From a virus (Duplodnaviria; Heunggongvirae; Uroviricota; Caudoviricetes), in IMG/VR virus record IMGVR_UViG_3300012275_000045: a stretch of DNA of 5,835 nucleotides, one strand, 5' to 3'. Below, one piece after another: positions 5,310-5,835 of this stretch; within the stretch, counting starts at the first letter, position 1, and every line of letters starts with the position of its first letter. Under the pieces are notes generated by a model. That model was not told where the DNA came from. It did no database searches and saw only the letters and a program-made list of their open reading frames with translations. The position numbers and the translations under genes were made by a program.

Positions 5310-5732
5310 TCACTTCAAAAAATACCGAACATCCCCCTGATAAAACGACAATATCCGCTGCATAACTTCGCTTTTACGACACTCAGTACAAATTATATTA
5401 TGACGCCTGTCGTAACGACGTATTTCTCCATCAGGTAATGACCAGATAAGGTCCGGATCAACCGCAGATGGTTTCTTCAGCTTTGCCCTTGAGAGCTTTT
5501 TACGGGCATTTTGCCAGTCCTTACGCGCCTGTTCAGACGGGAATAACCCGTAACCAGAGTTGTATACATCGCCGCTGGCAACCAGCTCTCTTGCGAGAAC
5601 GCTCATCAGATATCTTGTCGCACCTGTCTTGACTTCCAGTTGCCGTAACGTCTCACGCCCACTCTGGCGTACGAGTTCAACAACCTGCCCTTTAATTTTT
5701 TCTCGCTCTTCTTGTGTAAAAACTTTTGCCAC
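5310..5732 (-). CDS. Hypothetical prophage protein, 140 aa, basic C-terminal half
   Basis: ORF-track ORF. Start is GTG at 5732..5730 with a perfect AGGAGG 4 nt upstream (taattttcAGGAGGactt-GTG). Protein MAKVFTQEEREKIKGQVVELVRQSGRETLRQLEVKTGATRYLMSVLARELVASGDVY... then a lysine/arginine-rich region (ARKKLSRAKLKKPS) and a single CTEC motif. No family recognised. Confidence 0.65.
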   Translation of the reverse strand: MAKVFTQEEREKIKGQVVELVRQSGRETLRQLEVKTGATRYLMSVLARELVASGDVYNSGYGLFPSEQARKDWQNARKKLSRAKLKKPSAVDPDLIWSLPDGEIRRYDRRHNIICTECRKSEVMQRILSFYQGDVRYFLK

Positions 5733-5835
5733 AAGTCCTCCTGAAAATTACCTCATGACCAGAAATCAACACTTACCCCCTGAAGCCCGGTGGAATTTCG
5801 GTATCTGGTTCAGAAATGTGATTCACGCAACGCTG

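Noticed and set aside
1-5835. CRISPR arrays, tRNA/rRNA genes, IS elements or integrase/att sites
   Set aside because: No regularly spaced direct repeats, no cloverleaf-like tRNA candidates, and no transposase or integrase-like ORFs or terminal inverted repeats were seen on reading the window.

Overview
This window is a segment of a lambdoid (Qin/DLP12-like) enterobacterial prophage, with the nin-region genes on the minus strand at the left and AT-rich accessory cargo to the right. The left ~2 kb holds a tightly coupled operon (YbcO-like small protein, DUF968/YdfU-like protein with a C-terminal HNH-like Cys/His motif, RusA Holliday-junction resolvase) followed by a partial ORF that runs off the window start, probably the late antiterminator Q by position. 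The right ~3.8 kb carries a Cys-rich lipoprotein moron behind a textbook intrinsic terminator, an intact hok/mok type I toxin locus (HokD/RelF-like, no relBE), a 29-codon hydrophobic mini-ORF with a perfect Shine-Dalgarno, a 444-aa protein with FRG-domain motifs, and a 140-aa hypothetical protein. The FRG-domain gene is the best candidate for an undescribed single-gene anti-phage or abortive-infection function: it is an isolated, very AT-rich gene on the opposite strand, flanked by non-coding DNA and next to a toxin locus. Two 10-nt N runs (346-355, 1315-1324) interrupt rusA and the DUF968 gene, so those gene models are uncertain there. All calls come from reading the sequence and from remembered family signatures; no database search was run.
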